Part shown: positions 1 to 5,124 of the stretch, one piece after another | Layout of the letters: each line of letters starts with the position of its first letter | How positions within the stretch are numbered: position 1 is the first letter of the stretch | DNA from: a virus | Lineage: Duplodnaviria > Heunggongvirae > Uroviricota > Caudoviricetes | Direction: 5' to 3' (one strand) | IMG/VR virus record: IMGVR_UViG_2585427739_000007 | Length of the DNA stretch: 5,124 nucleotides | Notes under the pieces: model-generated | Databases searched by the model: none | Told to the model about the DNA's origin: nothing | Seen by the model: the letters and a program-made list of their open reading frames with translations, nothing else | Translations under genes and position numbers: made by a program

Positions 1-285
1 TTCATTTTCCATCGTTTTCTTGCCGAGCAGGCGCTGGAGTTCTTTAATCTGCTTCATGGCGGCAGCAAGTTCAGAGGCAGGAACAACCTGTTCTCCGGCG
101 GCGACAGCAGTAAGACTTCCTTCCTGGTATTGCTTACGCCAGAGAAATAACTGGCTGGCTGCTACACCATGTTGCCGGGCAACGAGGGAGACCGTCATCC
201 CCGGTTCAAAGCTCTGCTGAACAATTGCGATCTTTTCCTGTGTGGTACGCCGTCTGCGTTTCTCCGGCCCTAAGACATCAATCAT
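1..285 (-). CDS. insC: IS2 transposase OrfA (InsC), N-terminal 95 codons; 3' part lies outside the window
   Basis: ATG at 285..283 (minus). Translation [95 protein letters not shown] matches IS2 InsC as I recall it. It is absent from the ORF track because no stop codon falls in the window. Confidence 0.85.
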
Positions 286-376
286 CTGTTCTCCAATGAC
301 TAGTCTAAAAACTAGTATTAAGACTATCACTTATTTAAGTGATATTGGTTGTCTGGAGATTCAGGGGGCCAGTCTA
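1..376 (-). mobile_element. IS2 (IS3 family), left-end portion in inverted orientation; runs off the window start
   Basis: Reverse complement of 301-376 reads TAGACTGGCCCCCTGAATCTCCAGACAACCAATATCACTTAAATAAGTGATAGTC..., which I recognise as the IS2 left terminal inverted repeat and leader; the terminus is at 376. The adjoining orfA matches IS2 InsC. Confidence 0.85.
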
Positions 377-486
377 TAATGACCTTTTATCTTACCCTTA
401 AGATTTCAAGGATTTTGACTCATGGAAGAGTCCTTTTTATTTAAATTTCACATTCAGCGCTAAAAATAATCCGATTTAATATTAAT

Positions 487-1514
<1,028 letters not shown>

Positions 1515-1627
1515 GGATATTTATCAGGATTTATCGGCTTCAAATCCCCGGATATGTTAAATCTTACCTCACCAGTGATGGGCACTGGCGGGAGGAGGAT
1601 GTCAATCTGATAAACACAGAGGCGACT

Positions 1628-1888
1628 ATGGATTACACAAATCTACCTAAACAAACTTTTGCTGATTTAATCGCACTCAGGCAAGCAGTCGTAGCTCTAA
1701 TCAACTTGTTGCCGGAGAAGGAAAAGGAATTAGTTAAAGTGCTTCTTAACAGAACTGCCGCCGATTTTTCATCATATCCACTGACAGATGACCTTGCGGA
1801 CCTTCCTGAATTAATTGCAGCGTCCGCCAATAAGCTTACTGAAGAGATTTACCCTCCTCAAAAATCTTCACAAAATTCCTGCGAGTAA
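1628..1888 (+). CDS. Hypothetical small acidic protein, 86 aa, convergent with the lysis genes
   Basis: ATG at 1628 is preceded by AGAGG (1618-1622) at 5-nt spacing. A strong intrinsic terminator lies 22 nt past the stop. The translation is protein-like (helical N-terminus, acidic C-terminus), whereas the overlapping minus-strand ORF 1633..1830 is Ser/Ala/Arg-rich as expected of an antisense frame. It fills an otherwise unexplained ~320-bp gap between two minus-strand genes. No homolog recognised. Confidence 0.4.
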   Translation: MDYTNLPKQTFADLIALRQAVVALINLLPEKEKELVKVLLNRTAADFSSYPLTDDLADLPELIAASANKLTEEIYPPQKSSQNSCE

Positions 1889-2387
1889 CTTCAATGCAAT
1901 AATCGTAAAACGCCGCAAACTGCTCATCGCGGCGTTTTTTTTCATCTTCAGAAGGAATCAGCACCGACAATTTTTTATTCAGATCAGCGACGCTGCCCTC
2001 CAGTTTTTCAATGGGCGATTCAATATCATCTTTTTCTGACCGCAATGCCGTCGGTGGCGTCTTCAGAGAACCAGTAATTCTTCCCGGTAGCTTTCCTTTG
2101 TAGGTTATCCACACATTCTGCGCCTCTAAAATTATGGGGCGCTTTTCCGGCGACTGCTCATCCCCTTCACATAACCCGGCAGCAACATCCAGGAAGACCT
2201 GTCTGATGCTCCTTCTGGCTGCTGCCTCATAAAACTCCAGCGCGGCACCTTCAACACGGTCCAGCGAGATGTCCAGGTCAAAAATTTCACCGTCAAAGTG
2301 TTTTTTGTCCCGTAAGGCTACAGTTACCGCCACTTTATTCTCAAAATTGCGAACTCCTTTCACAACCAGTTCATAGTCTTGAGTCAT
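1836..2387 (-). CDS. Hypothetical protein, 183 aa, between pinholin and endolysin (same position as ydfR/DUF1327 in Qin-type prophages; family not verified)
   Basis: ATG at 2387 lies 4 nt after the holin TAA stop, with a purine-rich GAGAAGAGAG stretch upstream. The ORF track shows a TTG-initiated extension to 2408, but the ATG is the more plausible start. Soluble, acidic, protein-like translation; no transmembrane segment. Function not recognisable by eye. Confidence 0.6.
   Translation of the reverse strand: MTQDYELVVKGVRNFENKVAVTVALRDKKHFDGEIFDLDISLDRVEGAALEFYEAAARRSIRQVFLDVAAGLCEGDEQSPEKRPIILEAQNVWITYKGKLPGRITGSLKTPPTALRSEKDDIESPIEKLEGSVADLNKKLSVLIPSEDEKKRRDEQFAAFYDYCIEVTRRNFVKIFEEGKSLQ
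1910..1942 (+). terminator. Rho-independent terminator for plus-strand transcription
   Basis: Stem ACGCCGC (1910-1916) pairs with GCGGCGT (1929-1935) around a 12-nt loop, followed by T8 (1935-1942). On the minus strand the same hairpin is followed by only TTTT, so it is a weaker terminator in that direction. It lies inside the 3' coding region of the 183-aa minus-strand gene. Confidence 0.55.
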
Positions 2388-2391
2388 TGGA

Positions 2392-2607
2392 TTACTCTCT
2401 TCTCGCAACCTTACGCCTGTCTTCTTTAATCTTGAAATAAAGGTTTGTCAGATACGTCAGCATGCCAAATACCAGACTACCCAATACACCTATTGCCGCC
2501 CACTGTGAGGGCGTGACTTTATCGAGCAACTGTAAAAACCAGTAGCCAGCACTGCCTGCAGAGGTGCTGTAGGCGATGCCCGTTGTTAACTTATCCATGG
2601 ATTTCAT
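2392..2607 (-). CDS. Class II pinholin of the phage 21 S21 type, 71 aa, with dual-start motif
   Basis: Translation [71 protein letters not shown] closely resembles phage 21 S21 and E. coli EssD/EssQ as I recall them. Two hydrophobic segments are present. Dual starts (ATG at 2607 and 2598, giving MKS-MDK) are typical of antiholin/holin pairs. A strong GGAGGTGAGG Shine-Dalgarno lies just upstream. The ORF-track extension to 2691 is not supported. Confidence 0.85.
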   Translation of the reverse strand: MKSMDKLTTGIAYSTSAGSAGYWFLQLLDKVTPSQWAAIGVLGSLVFGMLTYLTNLYFKIKEDRRKVARRE

Positions 2608-2697
2608 AGCCTCACCTCCGCAGATAACGGATGGTGTACACGGTTTGGTTCGAAGAAGGAAAGAAGTTACATTAGCGTAAGGCCCGAACATCTATTC

Positions 2698-2728
2698 AAA
2701 AAGAAAAACGCCAGCAATTATTCTGGCG
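2698..2728 (-). terminator. Rho-independent terminator for minus-strand transcription, between the AraC-like gene and the holin
   Basis: On the minus strand, stem CGCCAG/CTGGCG (2709-2714 with 2723-2728) around an 8-nt loop is followed by TTTTTCTTTTT (2698-2708). It sits 70 nt downstream of the AraC-like stop and ~90 nt upstream of the holin start, positionally analogous to lambdoid tR'. Confidence 0.55.
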
Positions 2729-2797
2729 TAGCTAAAAATATCGTATAATCTTACACTTCAAAAAATAACTTTATAAAATGCCATCACATCATATCTT

Positions 2798-3511
2798 CTA
2801 AGAAAATCTTGATAAATATTGGTGCGGAGGCACACCAAAATATCCTCTAAAAACACTTACAAAATATGATGCATTGTCATACCCGCATATTCCCGCCACC
2901 TTGCCGACAGTATGGTTACTGTAGATCAATAATCTTTGCGCCATCATCATTCGTTCTTCAAGAATTAATTTACTAAACGATAATCCTTCGTCTTTTAATT
3001 TTCTTTTTAACAAACTCTCGCTCATATATAATCTTGAAGATATATCACAAAGTCTCCATGACGCTGAGATATCCGAGTGAATAATAGCCTTAACTTTACA
3101 ACCTAAGCTATTAAGACTTCCGAACAAAAAACTTTGCACTATTTTCTCTGAAGATAAGACAGCAAGACATGCAAGTGATATTTGATTTCTAACTACATCC
3201 ACGGTTTTGCTATCACAATTCAAGCATGCAACCAAGTTCCTTAACAATGAAAAATCTTCACATTCTACTATCAAGTATGACGGATAAAACCTTCTTACAG
3301 AAAAAGGTGAGAGTGTGTAGTTTTTAAAGAAATCATTAACTGTTTTCTCCTCAATATCTACGATCATTAGATGATCTGTATTTGACGAAAAAAGATCTTT
3401 TAAATTGTATTCAATGAGGACAGCATTTCCTTTTTTAAACAAAATATCTTCTTTACCAATTCGGACACCAAACGAGTTCAACACCAAAATGATAGAACAT
3501 ATGTATGGCAT
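2798..3511 (-). CDS. AraC/XylS-family transcriptional regulator of the AppY/YdeO-like subfamily, 237 aa, in an AT-rich island
   Basis: C-terminal double helix-turn-helix signature (WRLCDISSRLYMSESLLKRKLKDEGLSFSKLI...GKVAGICGYDNASYFVSVFRGYFGVPPHQY). The N-terminal half resembles my recollection of DLP12 AppY (e.g. ILFKKGNAVLI and LMIVDIEEKTVNDFF segments). ATG at 3511 has an AGGTGG Shine-Dalgarno 5 nt upstream; the GTG at 3520 used by the ORF track is less likely. Base composition is strongly AT-rich relative to the flanks. Confidence 0.8.
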   Translation of the reverse strand: MPYICSIILVLNSFGVRIGKEDILFKKGNAVLIEYNLKDLFSSNTDHLMIVDIEEKTVNDFFKNYTLSPFSVRRFYPSYLIVECEDFSLLRNLVACLNCDSKTVDVVRNQISLACLAVLSSEKIVQSFLFGSLNSLGCKVKAIIHSDISASWRLCDISSRLYMSESLLKRKLKDEGLSFSKLILEERMMMAQRLLIYSNHTVGKVAGICGYDNASYFVSVFRGYFGVPPHQYLSRFS

Positions 3512-3926
3512 ATTATCCACCTGATATCATTGGGGTTACACCAGGTAAGTATAGGTGGAAAATCAATATTCGCCAGTTCAACAATAAGGAAAATCTCATT
3601 GCATCACAACTATAAAACCATGTGTTTAACTCACAAAAAACAAATCATTAAACTAATCTGTTATATTATAATAGCTGCGTGCAATAATAATATTATATGC
3701 TCTTTATATTCACTTGAAATATCTTCATATAAAACAGATTGAATAAAATCTTTTGGGGCTGGTATGTTTACCAACATTAAATTGCATCTCAATGTTTTCT
3801 TTAGCGTGAACAGGATTTTTATAAAAACTGACACTATGAGCATCATAGCGTAGTTTTTACGATTGTAAATATCCTGCATACAGGAACTCATCACTTTCAG
3901 ATGATATCGCATACAGTTAATTCACC
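3512..3926. other. AT-rich non-coding leader upstream of the AraC-like gene, abutting the IS3 insertion point
   Basis: Very AT-rich with many TATAAT-like hexamers on both strands and no convincing ORF. It probably holds the regulator's promoter and is a plausible nucleoid-protein (H-NS-type) binding region. Its right edge is the IS3 junction. Confidence 0.4.
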
Positions 3927-3991
3927 TGATCTTACCCAGCAATAGTGGACACGCGGCTAAGTGAGTAAACTCTCAGTCAGAGGTGACTCAC

Positions 3992-4291
3992 ATGACAAAA
4001 ACAGTATCAACCAGTAAAAAACCCCGTAAACAGCATTCGCCTGAATTTCGCAGTGAAGCCCTGAAGCTTGCTGAACGCATCGGTGTTACTGCCGCAGCCC
4101 GTGAACTCAGCCTGTATGAATCACAACTCTACAACTGGCGCAGTAAACAGCAAAATCAGCAGACGTCTTCTGAACGTGAACTGGAGATGTCTACCGAGAT
4201 TGCACGTCTCAAACGCCAGCTGGCAGAACGGGATGAAGAGCTGGCTATCCTCCAAAAGGCCGCGACATACTTCGCGAAGCGCCTGAAATGA
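3992..4291 (+). CDS. insE: IS3 transposase OrfA (InsE), 99 aa
   Basis: Translation [99 protein letters not shown] matches IS3 InsE; helix-turn-helix plus leucine-zipper-like region. GAGGTG Shine-Dalgarno upstream of the ATG at 3992; the GTG at 3983 in the ORF track is probably not used. Confidence 0.85.
4254..4258 (+). other. Candidate programmed -1 ribosomal frameshift motif (AAAAG) for the IS3 OrfAB fusion
   Basis: AAAAG lies near the 3' end of insE, with insF in the -1 frame. IS3-family transposases are produced by -1 frameshifting and the IS3 site has been reported as an A-AAG-type motif (from memory). No downstream structure was verified. Confidence 0.4.
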
Positions 4292-5124
4292 AGTATGTCT
4301 TTATTGAAAAACATCAGGCTGAGTTCAGCATCAAAGCAATGTGCCGCGTGCTCCGGGTGGCCCGCAGCGGCTGGTATACGTGGTGTCAGCGGCGGACAAG
4401 GATAAGCACGCGTCAGCAGTTCCGCCAACACTGCGACAGCGTTGTCCTCGCGGCTTTTACCCGGTCAAAACAGCGTTACGGTGCCCCACGCCTGACGGAT
4501 GAATTGCGTGCTCAGGGTTACCCCTTTAACGTAAAAACCGTGGCGGCAAGCCTGCGCCGTCAGGGACTGAGGGCAAAGGCCTCCCGGAAGTTCAGCCCGG
4601 TCAGCTACCGCGCACACGGCCTGCCTGTGTCAGAAAATCTGTTGGAGCAGGATTTTTACGCCAGTGGCCCGAACCAGAAGTGGGCAGGAGACATCACGTA
4701 CTTACGTACAGATGAAGGCTGGCTGTATCTGGCAGTGGTCATTGACCTGTGGTCACGTGCCGTTATTGGCTGGTCAATGTCGCCACGCATGACGGCGCAA
4801 CTGGCCTGCGATGCCCTGCAGATGGCGCTGTGGCGGCGTAAGAGGCCCCGGAACGTTATCGTTCACACGGACCGTGGAGGCCAGTACTGTTCAGCAGATT
4901 ATCAGGCGCAACTGAAGCGGCATAATCTGCGTGGAAGTATGAGCGCAAAAGGTTGCTGCTACGATAATGCCTGCGTGGAAAGCTTCTTTCATTCGCTGAA
5001 AGTGGAATGTATCCATGGAGAACACTTTATCAGCCGGGAAATAATGCGGGCAACGGTGTTTAATTATATCGAATGTGATTACAATCGGTGGCGGCGGCAC
5101 AGTTGGTGTGGCGGCCTCAGTCCG
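4288..5124 (+). CDS. insF: IS3 transposase OrfB (InsF, DDE integrase domain), truncated by the window end
   Basis: Translation begins [36 protein letters not shown]... and matches IS3 InsF. The ATG overlaps the insE stop (ATGA) in the -1 frame. It is absent from the ORF track because no stop codon occurs before 5124. Confidence 0.85.

Larger units (their letters stand above)
3927..5124 (+). mobile_element. IS3, left end through most of orfB; runs off the window end
   Basis: Sequence from 3927 (TGATCTTACCCAGCAATAGTGGACACGCGGCTAAGTGAGTAAACTC...) matches the IS3 left inverted repeat as I recall it, followed by insE and insF in the canonical overlapping arrangement. Confidence 0.85.

Noticed and set aside
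20-220. 66-aa plus-strand ORF
   Set aside because: Lies antisense within the IS2 insC coding region; Ala/Ser/Cys-rich translation typical of an antisense frame; no RBS.
408-436. Short hairpin GACTC-atggaa-GAGTC followed by CTTTTTATTT between Rz and IS2
   Set aside because: Only a 5-bp stem, and oriented for plus-strand termination where no plus-strand gene lies upstream; probably not a functional terminator.
1633-1830. 65-aa minus-strand ORF in the endolysin-to-183-aa gap
   Set aside because: Ser/Ala/Arg-rich translation without an obvious RBS; the overlapping plus-strand ORF has a better RBS, a downstream terminator and more protein-like composition. Not fully excluded.
1815-2039. 74-aa plus-strand ORF
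   Set aside because: Antisense to the 183-aa gene; Phe/Ile/Arg-rich junk-like translation spanning the terminator T-run.
2388-2408. TTG-initiated start of the 183-aa ORF (190-aa version)
   Set aside because: It would overlap the holin 3' end; an in-frame ATG at 2387 sits 4 nt after the holin stop and is the more parsimonious start.
2608-2691. N-terminal extension of the holin ORF (99-aa version starting at 2691)
   Set aside because: The S21-family holin begins at MKSMDK with a strong Shine-Dalgarno directly upstream; the extension has no RBS and would add a non-holin-like leader.
3530-3742. 70-aa plus-strand ORF in the AT-rich leader
   Set aside because: Extremely AT-rich, low-complexity translation, no RBS; most likely a chance ORF in promoter DNA.
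4068-4431. ORFs 4068-4286 (+) and 4156-4431 (-) inside IS3
   Set aside because: Alternative or antisense frames of insE/insF, fully explained by the known IS3 transposase genes.
4891-5100. 69-aa minus-strand ORF
   Set aside because: Antisense to IS3 insF.

Overview
This window looks like an IS-scarred fragment of a lambdoid (phage 21/Qin-type) prophage late region, read entirely from sequence and memory with no searches run. Both window edges fall inside insertion sequences: the left ~376 bp is the IRL end of IS2 (inverted, insC 5' part) and the right ~1.2 kb is the left end of IS3 (insE complete, insF truncated by the window edge). Between them, all on the minus strand, lie an AT-rich island carrying an AppY/YdeO-like AraC-family regulator, an intrinsic terminator, and a complete lysis cassette: S21-type pinholin with dual start, an unassigned 183-aa gene, a SAR endolysin, and Rz with an embedded Rz1 lipoprotein. 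The most unusual element is an 86-aa plus-strand ORF with a good RBS and a strong intrinsic terminator, convergent with the lysis genes and nested between the 183-aa gene and the endolysin. No Q antiterminator, pR', tRNA, rRNA or CRISPR array is present. I do not see a clearly identifiable novel system; the 183-aa gene plus convergent small ORF is the best candidate for something undescribed.
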